From positions 64,001 to 128,000 of the forward strand of contig CBDDBZ010000029.1 of NCBI GenBank assembly GCA_965225945.1: DNA of 64,000 bases. Direction: 5' to 3'. This DNA comes from Alphaproteobacteria bacterium (GTDB lineage: Bacteria; Pseudomonadota; Alphaproteobacteria; GCA-2731375). How positions within the stretch are numbered: position 1 is the stretch's first letter; the number at the start of each line of letters is the position of its first letter. Of this stretch, positions 30,795 through 40,161 are shown one piece after another. The notes beneath the pieces were generated by a model that searched no databases, was not told the origin of the DNA, and saw nothing but the letters and a program-made list of their open reading frames with translations. Position numbers and translations under genes: made by a program.

Positions 30795-30875
30795 CGCCTC
30801 GCCTCCCCTCGTCCTTCGATCTCCGCCTTGTGATAGCATCGCCCACGACACCCTCCAGGGGAAGCGGGGAGGATC

Positions 30876-31658
30876 ATGGAGACGGGCGACGACAGCGGCC
30901 GGGACGTGGCGAGCCACGACGACCTCACCGAGGGCGCCGAGGCCGCCGCCGCCCGAGGCGCCGGGAACGCGAGGAGGGCAACGACGTCGGAGGAAATCGA
31001 CGCCGCGTTGGAGACCGTCTTCGGCGCCAATTCCGAGCTTTACCAGGGTCGCGGCTTTCAACGGCGGATCGGCTGGGGCCAAAAGCCGGCACTGCTGGTG
31101 ATCGACATGGCGAATGCCTGGACCCGGCCCGACCACGCCTTCTCGTGCACCGGGATGGAAGAGATCATTGCGGCCCACGAGGCCCTGCTCGGAGCCTTCC
31201 GGGCCAAGGGCCTGCCGGTGATCTACACCACCACCGCCTATGAGGTGTTCGACGGCGCGGTCAGCGACGCCGGCCTCTGGCACCACAAGATCCCGGCCGA
31301 GGTGCTGCGCCTCGACAGCCCGGCGGTGGCGATCGACGATCGGATCCGACCGGCCGACGGCGAGATCGTCATCACCAAGAAGCGGGCCAGCGCCTTCCAC
31401 GGCACGCCGCTCGCCGGCATGCTCCGGGCGGCGGGCGTCGACACGGTGGTGATCACCGGGGTCACCGCGTCGGCCTGCGTGCGCAACACCGCCGAGGACG
31501 CGATCGCCGACGGCTTCCGCCCGATCGTGGTGCGTGAGGCGGTGGGCGACCGGATCGCCGGGGCCGTCGCCTGGAACCTGTTCGACATCGACGCCAAGTT
31601 CGGCGACGTCGAGCCGCTGGAGGCGGTGCTCGATCAGCTTCGCCGGAACGAAATTTGA
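30876..31658 (+). CDS. Isochorismatase-family cysteine hydrolase (N-carbamoylsarcosine amidase / maleamate amidohydrolase-like)
   Basis: PALLVIDM, KKRASAFHGT, GVTASACVRNT, LFDIDAKFGDV. Confidence 0.88.
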   Translation: METGDDSGRDVASHDDLTEGAEAAAARGAGNARRATTSEEIDAALETVFGANSELYQGRGFQRRIGWGQKPALLVIDMANAWTRPDHAFSCTGMEEIIAAHEALLGAFRAKGLPVIYTTTAYEVFDGAVSDAGLWHHKIPAEVLRLDSPAVAIDDRIRPADGEIVITKKRASAFHGTPLAGMLRAAGVDTVVITGVTASACVRNTAEDAIADGFRPIVVREAVGDRIAGAVAWNLFDIDAKFGDVEPLEAVLDQLRRNEI

Positions 31659-31677
31659 ATTCGAGAGGAGGAACCCC

Positions 31678-33009
31678 ATGGTGGCTGAAAACGGGCGGAC
31701 CAACGGCTTCTCGGCCTTCGTCGAGGACCGTCCGGGCCAGGGCATGTTCCGCATCGACCGCGCCATCTATACCGAGGACGCGGTCTTCGAGGCGGAGCTG
31801 GAGCGGATCTTCGAGCATAGCTGGCTCTATCTCTGCCACGAGAGCCAGATCGCCGAGCACGGCGACTACTACGCCAGCCATATCGGCCGACAGCCGGTCT
31901 TCGCCATCCGCCAGAAGGACGGCGCCATCGGCGCCTTCCTCAACGCCTGCGCCCATCGCGGCGCGATCCTGACCAGACGCCGGCGCGCCAATGCGACCAC
32001 GCTCGCCTGCCGCTTCCACGGCTGGTGCTACGACACCGAGGGCCGCTGCATCCGGATCAAGAACGAGAAGAGCGGCTTTCCCGACGGCGACGCCAAGGCG
32101 CGATACGGGCTGACCCCCGTTCCCCGGGTCGATAGTTACAAGGGCTTCGTCTTCGCCAGCCTCGATGCCGACGTCCCGCCCCTGATCGAGCATCTGGGTC
32201 AGGCGGCGCCCTTCATCGACCTGATGGCCGAACAGTCGCCCGACGGCATGGAGGTGGTCGCCGGCCAGCAGACCTACCTCATTCGCGGCAACTGGAAGCT
32301 CCAGGCCGAGAACGGGGTCGATGGCTACCACGTCGCCACGGTGCACCGGGTCTTCGCCGCGGCCATCGCCAAGCGCGAGAAGCTGTCCGGCGCGGCGGGC
32401 ACGACCGCCACCGACGCCGGGCGGATAGCCGGGCTCGGCCGGAACGGCTGCTACGACCTGGGCGGCGGCCACAAACTCGTCTGGTCCGAGCGCGGCAAGC
32501 CCGAGCTCGCGCCCCTCCACGCCTCGCTGGCGAAGCTGGAAACGATGCATCCCGAGGCCAAGATCGACTGGATGCTGCGGCGCGGGCGCAACTTGATGGT
32601 GTTCCCGAACCTGTTGCTGCTCGATCAGGCCTCGACCCACATTCGGGTCTTCCGCCCCATCGCCAAGGACCGAACCGAGGTTCGGGTCTACTGCATAGCG
32701 CCGGTGGGCGAAGCCCGAGAGGCGCGGGCCGCGCGGCTCCGCAAGTTCGAGGACTTCTTCATGGTCACCGGCATGGCGACGCCGGACGACCTCGCGGCGC
32801 TGGAGGACTGCCAGTCCGGCGCCATGGCCAGCGGCGCGCGCTGGACCGACATGGAGCGCGGCATCGGCCAAGCTTGCGAGGGCGCGGACGAGCTCGCCGC
32901 CGGGATCGGCGCTCGCCCGGCCGCCAGCGCCGAGAGCTGGGATCACGAGATCCTCTATCACGGCTTCTTCCGCCGCTGGGTCGAGCTGATGGACGCGGAC
33001 GCCCCATGA
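31678..33009 (+). CDS. Rieske ring-hydroxylating oxygenase alpha subunit (benzoate/anthranilate 1,2-dioxygenase-like)
   Basis: CAHRG...CRFHGW Rieske motif; NWKLQAENGVDGYH..VH; GMATPDD; GAGGAGG RBS. Confidence 0.92.
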   Translation: MVAENGRTNGFSAFVEDRPGQGMFRIDRAIYTEDAVFEAELERIFEHSWLYLCHESQIAEHGDYYASHIGRQPVFAIRQKDGAIGAFLNACAHRGAILTRRRRANATTLACRFHGWCYDTEGRCIRIKNEKSGFPDGDAKARYGLTPVPRVDSYKGFVFASLDADVPPLIEHLGQAAPFIDLMAEQSPDGMEVVAGQQTYLIRGNWKLQAENGVDGYHVATVHRVFAAAIAKREKLSGAAGTTATDAGRIAGLGRNGCYDLGGGHKLVWSERGKPELAPLHASLAKLETMHPEAKIDWMLRRGRNLMVFPNLLLLDQASTHIRVFRPIAKDRTEVRVYCIAPVGEAREARAARLRKFEDFFMVTGMATPDDLAALEDCQSGAMASGARWTDMERGIGQACEGADELAAGIGARPAASAESWDHEILYHGFFRRWVELMDADAP

Positions 33010-33506
33010 GCGCGGCCGAGGCGGCGCTGGCCGAAGTCCGGGAGCTGCTCACCCTGGAGGCCGATCTCTTGGACCGGCGGCGCTGGGCGGAATGGCTGGA
33101 GCTCTATCTCGACGACTGCGTCTACTGGGTCCCGTCGTGGCTCGACGAAGAGACCACGGGCGAGGATCCGGAGCTGCAGGTCAACATGATCTACATTACC
33201 TCCAAGGCGGGGCTGGAGGCGCGGCTGCTCAGGATCGAGTCGGGCGACGCCTATGCCGAGAGCCCGCCGGCGCGCACCAGCCACCTGGTCGATTCGATCC
33301 GTATCGTCGACGACACGGACGACGGAATCGAGGTTTCCGCCAAATGGCTGACGCTCTCCTGCAATATGCGCTGGGGCAAGCAGTTGCGTGGTGGCTGGTA
33401 CGACTATCGCTTGAAGCGCCGCGACGGCCGCCTGGCGATCGCGGAGAAGAAGATCACCCTGCTGGAGGACGTCATCGACGGCGCCATCGATATTCACCAG
33501 ATCTAG
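33006..33506 (+). CDS. Ring-hydroxylating oxygenase beta subunit
   Basis: EADLLD...WLELY...YWVPSW, RTSHL; ATGA overlap with the alpha subunit. Confidence 0.9.
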   Translation: MSAAEAALAEVRELLTLEADLLDRRRWAEWLELYLDDCVYWVPSWLDEETTGEDPELQVNMIYITSKAGLEARLLRIESGDAYAESPPARTSHLVDSIRIVDDTDDGIEVSAKWLTLSCNMRWGKQLRGGWYDYRLKRRDGRLAIAEKKITLLEDVIDGAIDIHQI

Positions 33507-33561
33507 GATTGAAGCAAATCACCGGGCCGCATCGATCCCGTCCCGGCCGAGGAGCGCGCCC

Positions 33562-36006
33562 ATGACCGCCCCCCTTCCCGATTCCGCCCGCGTCGTCATC
33601 GTCGGTGGTGGCATCGTCGGCTGTTCGATCGCCTATCACCTGGCCGAGCTCGGCTGGAAAGAGATCCTGCTGCTGGAGCAGCACCAGCTCACCGCCGGCA
33701 CCACCTGGCACGCAGCCGGCCTGGTCGGCCAGCTCAGACCCAGCGTCAACCTCACCAAGCTGATCCAATATTCGGCCCGGCTCTACGCCACGCTGGAAGC
33801 GGAGACCGGTCAGGCCACCGGCTGGAAGCAGTGTGGCTCGATCAACGTCGCCACCACCCCCGACCGGCTGATCGAGTTGAAGCGCGCCGCCGCCCAGGCG
33901 CACGCCTTCGGCGTCGAGACGGAAGTGATCGGGGCCGAGGAGGCCGGCCGATACTGGCCGGAGATGCGCACCGACGACATCGCCGGCGCGGCCTGGATTC
34001 CGGGCGACGGCAAGGCCAACCCGGCCGACCTGACCCAGGCCCTGGCGCGCGGCGCCAGGAACAGGGGTGTCACCATTCGCGAGGGTGTCGCCGTCACCGA
34101 CGTGGTGCTGGAGAAGGGCCGGGCGGTGGGCGTCGAGACCGCGCAGGGGCGGATCCGGGCCGAGGTGGTGGTCAACGCCGCCGGGCAATGGGCCCGCGAC
34201 CTCGCCGCCAAGTCCGGCGTCGTGGTGCCGCTGCATGCCGCCGAGCACATGTACATCGTAACCCGCCCGCTCGGCCTCGATCCCGATACCCCGGTGATGC
34301 GCGATCACGACAACCGGGTCTACTTCAAGGAAGAGGTCGGCGGAATTCTGATGGGCGGCTTCGAGGCCGAGTGCAAGCCCTGGGGCGGCGAGGGGGTGCC
34401 GGAGGGCTTCGCCTTCGGAATGCTGGCGGAGGACTGGGACCAGTTCCAGCCTCTGATGGAGGGCGCGCTCCGGCGTTGCCCGGTGCTGGAAACGGCGGAG
34501 ATCCGCCAGTTCATGAACGGGCCCGAGAGTTTCACCCCCGACGGCCACTTTATCTTGGGCGAGGCGCCGGGGGTGGCCAACTATTTCGTCGCCGCCGGCT
34601 TCAACTCCGCCGGTATCGCGTCGGCCGGCGGGGCCGGCAAGGCGCTCGCGGAATGGATCGTGGGCGGCATGGCGCCGATGGATCTCTGGGAGGTCGATAT
34701 TCGCCGTTACGGCGCCTTCCACGCCAACCCGACGTTCCTGCGCCAACGCACGGTGGAAAGCCTCGGCATGCATTACGCCATGCATTGGCCCCGCTTCGAG
34801 CCGGAGAGCGCGCGGGGGCTCAGGCGCTCGCCGCTGTACGACCGTCTGCGGGCCAATCGCGCCTGCTTCGGCTCGCGCTTCGGCTGGGAGCGGGCCAACT
34901 GGTTCGCCGCCGAGGGCACGGAAGCCAGGATGCAATACGCCTGGGGCCGGCAGAACTGGTTCGAGGCGACGGGCGCCGAATGCCGGGCGGCGCGGGAGGA
35001 CGTGGTGGTCTTCGACCAGACCTCCTTCGCCAAGTTCCTGCTGCAGGGCCGCGACGCCGAGGCCGCGTTGCAGCGGCTCTGCGCCAACGACGTGGCGCGG
35101 CCAGAGGGGCGCATCGTCTACACCACGATGCTGAACCCGAAGGGTGGGATCGAGTCCGATCTGACCGTGACGCGGATCGCCGAGGACGCCTTCTTGATCG
35201 TCACCGGCGCCGCCCAGGCGGTGCGCGACGCCGACTGGATCCGCCGCCGGCTGCCCGAGGACGGGCACGCGGTGCTGAGCGACGTCACCTCGCTGCTGTC
35301 GGTGTTGAGCGTGATGGGGCCGAAGGCGCGGACCCTGCTCGAGCGCCTCGGCGACGACGACCTCACCGATGCCGGCTTCCCCTTCGCCTCCAGCCGGATG
35401 ATCTCGCTCGGTCCCGCGATCGTCCGGGCGACGCGGATCAGCTTCGTGGGCGAGCTCGGCTGGGAGCTCTACTGCCCGGTCGAGATGGCGGCCGGGCTCT
35501 ATGACGCGCTGGTCGAGGCGGGTGGCGATCTCGGCTTGCGCGATGCCGGCTATTACGCCCTCGAATCGCTCCGCGCCGAGAAGGGCTACCGCGCCTGGGG
35601 GCACGACCTGACGCCGGACGACACGCCGCTCGAGGCCGGGCTCGGCTTCGCCGTGGCGCTCGAGCGCGGCGGCGACTTCATCGGCCGCGAGGCGCTTTTG
35701 CGCCAGCGCGAGGCCGGGCTGGAGAAGCGCATGGTGGTGTTCACGCTCGACGATTCGACCGCGGTGGCCTGGCACGACGAGCCGCTCTACCGGGACGGCG
35801 AGCTGGTCGGCCACGTCAGCTCGGCCGATCACGGCCACGCGCTCGGGCGCGCCGTCGCCTTCGCCTATGTCCACGGGCCCCGGGGGATGGACGCCGACTT
35901 CATCCGCGCCGGCCACTACGAGATAGACATCGCCGGCGAGCGCTTCGCCGCCAGCCCGCATCTCCGCCCGCCCTACGACCCGAAGGGCGAGAAGATGAAG
36001 GCTTGA
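33562..36006 (+). CDS. GcvT-family FAD/THF-dependent oxidoreductase (dimethylglycine/sarcosine dehydrogenase-like)
   Basis: GGGIVG, GTTWHAAG, NGPESFTPD, GWERANWF, FVGELGWEL, SLRAEKGY. Confidence 0.92.
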   Translation: MTAPLPDSARVVIVGGGIVGCSIAYHLAELGWKEILLLEQHQLTAGTTWHAAGLVGQLRPSVNLTKLIQYSARLYATLEAETGQATGWKQCGSINVATTPDRLIELKRAAAQAHAFGVETEVIGAEEAGRYWPEMRTDDIAGAAWIPGDGKANPADLTQALARGARNRGVTIREGVAVTDVVLEKGRAVGVETAQGRIRAEVVVNAAGQWARDLAAKSGVVVPLHAAEHMYIVTRPLGLDPDTPVMRDHDNRVYFKEEVGGILMGGFEAECKPWGGEGVPEGFAFGMLAEDWDQFQPLMEGALRRCPVLETAEIRQFMNGPESFTPDGHFILGEAPGVANYFVAAGFNSAGIASAGGAGKALAEWIVGGMAPMDLWEVDIRRYGAFHANPTFLRQRTVESLGMHYAMHWPRFEPESARGLRRSPLYDRLRANRACFGSRFGWERANWFAAEGTEARMQYAWGRQNWFEATGAECRAAREDVVVFDQTSFAKFLLQGRDAEAALQRLCANDVARPEGRIVYTTMLNPKGGIESDLTVTRIAEDAFLIVTGAAQAVRDADWIRRRLPEDGHAVLSDVTSLLSVLSVMGPKARTLLERLGDDDLTDAGFPFASSRMISLGPAIVRATRISFVGELGWELYCPVEMAAGLYDALVEAGGDLGLRDAGYYALESLRAEKGYRAWGHDLTPDDTPLEAGLGFAVALERGGDFIGREALLRQREAGLEKRMVVFTLDDSTAVAWHDEPLYRDGELVGHVSSADHGHALGRAVAFAYVHGPRGMDADFIRAGHYEIDIAGERFAASPHLRPPYDPKGEKMKA

Positions 36007-36046
36007 GGCCGGCCGGAGGAACCGGCGGGGAGCGGGGCGGCCCGCG

Positions 36047-36286
36047 TCAGCGTTGGCGTCGTTCCTCGGCCCGGGCCTCCCACTCGCCACACCAATCGTG
36101 ACCGAGCGTCTGCGCCCAGGAGGCCTGATTGGAGCTGGGCCGGGGGGCGTAACGACAGCAGAGACCGACGCTCGAGCGCCGGACTTCCTCGTTCTTCTCG
36201 GACTCGCGCTTGCCCACTGCCTCGTCCTGCCCGGAGAGCGTACTCGCCGAGCGCCAGAAACGGCAAAAGGCGCAAATGCTTTCCAT
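36047..36286 (-). CDS. Small cysteine-rich hypothetical protein
   Basis: CAFCRFW...GLCCRYAPRP...WAQTLGHDWCGEW pattern; GGGAGAG upstream of the ATG. Confidence 0.6.
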   Translation of the reverse strand: MESICAFCRFWRSASTLSGQDEAVGKRESEKNEEVRRSSVGLCCRYAPRPSSNQASWAQTLGHDWCGEWEARAEERRQR

Positions 36287-36441
36287 GACATTGACTCTCC
36301 CGCGACGTCGCCACGCCGACCACTCGGGCGCGCTTCGATCTCGACTCCGATACTATCGTTGCCGGACGACGCTGCAAAGGCCGGGTATCGTCTGGGCGGC
36401 CTCGGGCGGCTCGGGCCCGGCTCGAGGGCGCCGCGCCGGGC

Positions 36442-36547
36442 GACGTCGAAGATGGCGCGAAACCCGACATTCGGTGCTTGACGTCACGAATCGGGGGTAG
36501 ACTCCCCGTGGCGCCAAGCTGGCCGTTTCGGCGATTCGTAGCCAAGG
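36442..36547 (+). repeat. Dispersed intergenic repeat, copy A (empty IS110 target)
   Basis: GCGAAACCCGACATTCGG at 36457 ... TTCGGCGATTCGTAGCCAA at 36527-36545. Confidence 0.8.
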
Positions 36548-36715
36548 CACTAAATAGCTGGCGCGATATTTGTGTGGGGGTCGGGGCTACGGCAAGTCTG
36601 ACTGGCGTCGTCAGCGATATCGGTTACACTAGACTGCCATCGAAAGCCGAATGGCTACTCTGATGCTCGAAAACGACACCCATCCCGGGAATTCCGGTCA
36701 AAATAGGGGGATGAA

Positions 36716-37192
36716 ATGAGATACCAATTCAGGCTCGTCGCATTGCTGCCTGTTCTGCTGATTGTCGGCCTGATCGCCGGCTGCACTACCTTGGCCGATC
36801 AGGAGAGCGAGGCGGCCAAGATCGCCGCCATCAACAAAACATGGCTCGCGATGGTGGCACGCCATGATGCCGAAGGGATCGGTAATCTCTATACCGCCGA
36901 CGGCGTCTTCATGATGGCGAACGCAACGATCATTACCGGACCGAAAGCCATAGCCAGCGCCTGGGCGGGCCTCATGAAGCTGCCTGCGGTATCGCTAACT
37001 TTCCAGACGTCCCGTCTCGACATCGCCAAATCGGGCGACCTCGCCTCCGATCGGGGCACCTACGAGTTGGCCTTTGACGGCAAAAACGGCCGTATCCGCG
37101 ACGTTGGCAAGTACGTCATCGTTTGGAAAATGGTCAAGGGCAAGTGGATGGTCGCCGCCGATATCTTCAACTCGGACTTGAAGGCGCCGTAA
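36716..37192 (+). CDS. SnoaL/NTF2-like (DUF4440/YybH) lipoprotein
   Basis: Lipobox LIAGC; LYTADG, SGDLASDRGTY, GKYVIVWK...W. Confidence 0.85.
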   Translation: MRYQFRLVALLPVLLIVGLIAGCTTLADQESEAAKIAAINKTWLAMVARHDAEGIGNLYTADGVFMMANATIITGPKAIASAWAGLMKLPAVSLTFQTSRLDIAKSGDLASDRGTYELAFDGKNGRIRDVGKYVIVWKMVKGKWMVAADIFNSDLKAP

Positions 37193-37264
37193 CGCAGCAT
37201 CCGTTATCGGGGCCAGTCGGCCCGATGCAGCTGACCAAAAGATCGGTAGTCGTCCCCAATCCAT

Positions 37265-38341
37265 CTAGTCGCGACCGCCTTCGACCGGGCAGTGCTGGGC
37301 GCGCCAGCGCAGCATACCGCCGGCCAGGTTGGCGATCTCGGTGAAGCCGGCACGGCGCAGGATTATCGTGGCCTGCGCCGAACGCCCACCGGCGCGGCAG
37401 ACGGTAACGATCGGCCGTTCCTTGTCCAGTTCCTCCGCCCGCGCGGCGAGATCGCCCAACGGGATCAGCTTGGCACCCGGAATCTGGCCCAAAGGCCCGT
37501 CGAACTCGTCCGCTTCGCGCACGTCCAGGATTTGCGGCACGCTCAAGTGTTCTTCCAGCCAATTCGGCTGCACCTCTGGAATACCGGCGAAGGTGTAGGC
37601 CAGAATGGCCCAGGCCGGTTCGTCTTCTGGAATGTCGCCATCCTCGGGCCGGCCGCATTTCAGGTTTGCCGGCACCGCGATGTCCATCTTCTTCGGATGA
37701 TCCAGGCCCAGATTGTCCATGTAGCCGATGAAATCACTCTGGCTCAGCTGCCCGCCAAGGCGCGGGTTGAAGGCCTTCTCCTCCGCCACGCTGGTCACCG
37801 TCAGCCCGCGGTAGTCGTGGCCCGGATAGAGCAGGCAATCCGCCGGCAGGGTGAAGATCTGGGTATGCACCGACCGGTACATCTGCCCGGCATCACCGCC
37901 CTGGAAGTCGGTACGGCCGCAACCGCGGATCAATAGGCAATCGCCGGTAAACGCCATCTCTTCGGTATCGAGCACAAACGTGATGCAGCCGGCGGTGTGG
38001 CCGGGCGTCGCCCTGACGGTCAGGTAACGGTTGCCGAATTCGATTCTGTCGCCATCGCCCAGCGCCCGGTCGGCCCCCTCCGCACCGCTGACCGCCGACA
38101 CCGCAATTCTGCTGCCGGCGTCTTTCCGCAGCCGCCAGCCGCCAGTGACGTGATCGGCATGGATGTGGGTCTCGAGCGTATAGAGCAGCTCGAGGCCGAG
38201 TTCACTCAGCAGCGCGCCGTCGCGCCGGGCCTGTTCATAGACCGGATCGATCAGCACCGCCTCGCGGGCCACGGTGTCGGCCAGGAGATAGGTGTAGGCC
38301 CCCGATTGCGGATCGAATAGCTGACGAAACAGCATGGTCAC
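37265..38341 (-). CDS. Persulfide dioxygenase (ETHE1-like MBL fold)-rhodanese fusion
   Basis: ETHIHADH, TPGHT, GCGRTDFQGG, PGHDY, NPRL, PANL; C-terminal DVRE...CRAGGRS rhodanese. Confidence 0.92.
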   Translation of the reverse strand: MTMLFRQLFDPQSGAYTYLLADTVAREAVLIDPVYEQARRDGALLSELGLELLYTLETHIHADHVTGGWRLRKDAGSRIAVSAVSGAEGADRALGDGDRIEFGNRYLTVRATPGHTAGCITFVLDTEEMAFTGDCLLIRGCGRTDFQGGDAGQMYRSVHTQIFTLPADCLLYPGHDYRGLTVTSVAEEKAFNPRLGGQLSQSDFIGYMDNLGLDHPKKMDIAVPANLKCGRPEDGDIPEDEPAWAILAYTFAGIPEVQPNWLEEHLSVPQILDVREADEFDGPLGQIPGAKLIPLGDLAARAEELDKERPIVTVCRAGGRSAQATIILRRAGFTEIANLAGGMLRWRAQHCPVEGGRD

Positions 38342-38685
38342 GAAGCTCCCGAATTAGTCCCCGACGTGACCGCAATCGTGAACCCATGCCGGCAAACAGG
38401 CAATACGCCTTTTGCCGCGGATCATCGCTCCGCCACGGAATTTCCCGAAACAGCTTTCTCGGCCCGGCAGCCTCGGCCAGCAGCCGCGAGTCGCCCACCA
38501 CGTCGGCAGCCAGGATCGGCGCAAGCCTTCTCCATACGCGTTCCTCGGTCCTGGGGACCGTTCCCTCCCAGGCGCTCGCGTGGGGTGAAATTCCATGTTG
38601 TTCCGGTGGGGGCCTCGGTCGATGTCGTATGCCTGGTCGCGGTCATCAATCTCCGGTTAGCGCCTTCTAATGGATCGCCCGGTCT

Positions 38686-38799
38686 TGGGGGCACTCCTGA
38701 CGTCGATTCGGCGAAACCCGACATTCGGCTGTCAACGTCGGCTTTCGGCGGTAGACTCCTCGTCGGGCCGGGGTGGAAAATTCTGTGACTCTTAGCCAA
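38686..38799 (+). repeat. Dispersed intergenic repeat, copy B
   Basis: GCGAAACCCGACATTCGG at 38711 ... TTCTGTGACTCTTAGCCAA at 38781-38799. Confidence 0.8.
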
Positions 38800-38873
38800 C
38801 AGAAGAGATTCGAGTACTTAGGTGGTGACAAAGCCGACATCGGTGACGGCGGCGCGCAAACATTGGGGAAACG

Positions 38874-39182
38874 ATGATGGAGCGGTTGATCTATGACGAA
38901 GATGGCCAACTGATGACTGGGTCACTGATGGACTGTGCCGCACCACGCGCCAGCCAAACGCCGGAGATTACGCTCAATGTTATGGGGATCCCATTACCGT
39001 CCAATAACCATGGTATGAAGAGCGTCGCCCAATCGGCAACCATCGGCGCATCGCCAACGCTTATGAACGCGTCACTTGCAGCCTTGGTGCCACTTGGGTT
39101 TGAAAACCTGGACGTACCCTGCATGAGCGAAAGCGTTTGGCGCGCCGGACATATCGCCGAAACCACGGAGCAACAGATATGA
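38874..39182 (+). pseudogene. Decayed C-terminal fragment of a CoxL/xanthine dehydrogenase large subunit
   Basis: ERLIYDEDGQLMTGSLMD..PRA, degenerate NxxGxKG.GE, LDVP..SESVWRA; no N-terminal part. Confidence 0.8.
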
Positions 39183-40150
39183 AATACCGAAAACATGACG
39201 CCAAGGACTATGCGCGGCAGAACATGGTGGGTATTTGGGCCGCTGCGCTGACTCCATTCAAGGACGATCTAACCCTTAATGAAAGCGGCTTCCGGCACAA
39301 TATTGAGCATTGGGTTGGCGACCTCGAAATCGAGGGAGTCTTCATTTCCGGAAAACAGGGCGAGTTCTTCTCGATGTCTCTTGAGGAGAGGAAAAGGACC
39401 TTTGAAATCGGCGTCGCGGCCACCAAGGAAGCGGGCGCCACCATCATGTCATGCTCCGACCAAAACCTGGACACGGTGATCGAACTCGCGAAGCACGCTC
39501 AGAAGATCGGCGCCGACTACATCGTCGTTCATGCGCCGGTCCTGCACTTCGTTACCGACCGGGATGAGACGATCTATCAATACTACAAGTATATCAGCGA
39601 TCGGGTTGATATCGGCATCGCTATGTGGAGCCATCCCGACAGCGGCTATTTGATGGATCCCGAATTGTGCGATCGTATTGCCGATTTGCCGAATATTGTC
39701 GCCATAAAATACAGCGTTCCGCGCGACATGTACGTCAAGCTTACCGAATTTGGCGGTGATAGAATTCTGGTCAGCACGGGGTCAGAAGATGAATGGCTCG
39801 ACAACATTATCGATCTTGGCTGGCGGCTCTATCTTTGTTCGTCACCGCCTTATCTCATCCAGACCAAACACGATCGACGCATGCGCGAATACACCGAATT
39901 GGCGTTGCGTGGCGAAGTCGACAAGGCCCGGGTCATCCGCGATAGCCTCGAACCTGTCCGCCAAGCTCTGAAGTCCTCGCGCCCCGGCGGCAAACCTCAG
40001 GCGCATCTAAAATACTGGCAGGAATTATTGGGCCAGGTCGATGGGCCGGTCCGCAGCCCGATGCTGCAGTTGAGCGACGACGAGAAAGCCGTGACCCGCC
40101 GCGCATTCGAATCCTGTGGCTTGACGTTAGCCGGTATGGCAGCCGAGTAA
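39179..40150 (+). CDS. Dihydrodipicolinate synthase/N-acetylneuraminate lyase-family aldolase
   Basis: AALTPF, GKQGEFFSMSLEERK, AQKIGADY, NIVAIKYS Schiff-base Lys. Confidence 0.88.
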   Translation: MKYRKHDAKDYARQNMVGIWAAALTPFKDDLTLNESGFRHNIEHWVGDLEIEGVFISGKQGEFFSMSLEERKRTFEIGVAATKEAGATIMSCSDQNLDTVIELAKHAQKIGADYIVVHAPVLHFVTDRDETIYQYYKYISDRVDIGIAMWSHPDSGYLMDPELCDRIADLPNIVAIKYSVPRDMYVKLTEFGGDRILVSTGSEDEWLDNIIDLGWRLYLCSSPPYLIQTKHDRRMREYTELALRGEVDKARVIRDSLEPVRQALKSSRPGGKPQAHLKYWQELLGQVDGPVRSPMLQLSDDEKAVTRRAFESCGLTLAGMAAE

Positions 40151-40161
40151 GGGGGGAGGCC

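Noticed and set aside
29445-31766. Apparent 773-aa amidase with long N-terminal extension
   Set aside because: Extension is the antisense of the cysteine hydrolase; the real start with RBS is at 30794.
20064-36291. Several 700-940 aa ORFs (20064-22757, 23730-25928, 25522-27891, 33472-36291)
   Set aside because: Each lies antisense to well-supported genes and has no motifs of its own.
38354-38800. Short ORFs upstream of the persulfide dioxygenase
   Set aside because: They overlap repeat copy B or lack motifs; no frame could be supported.
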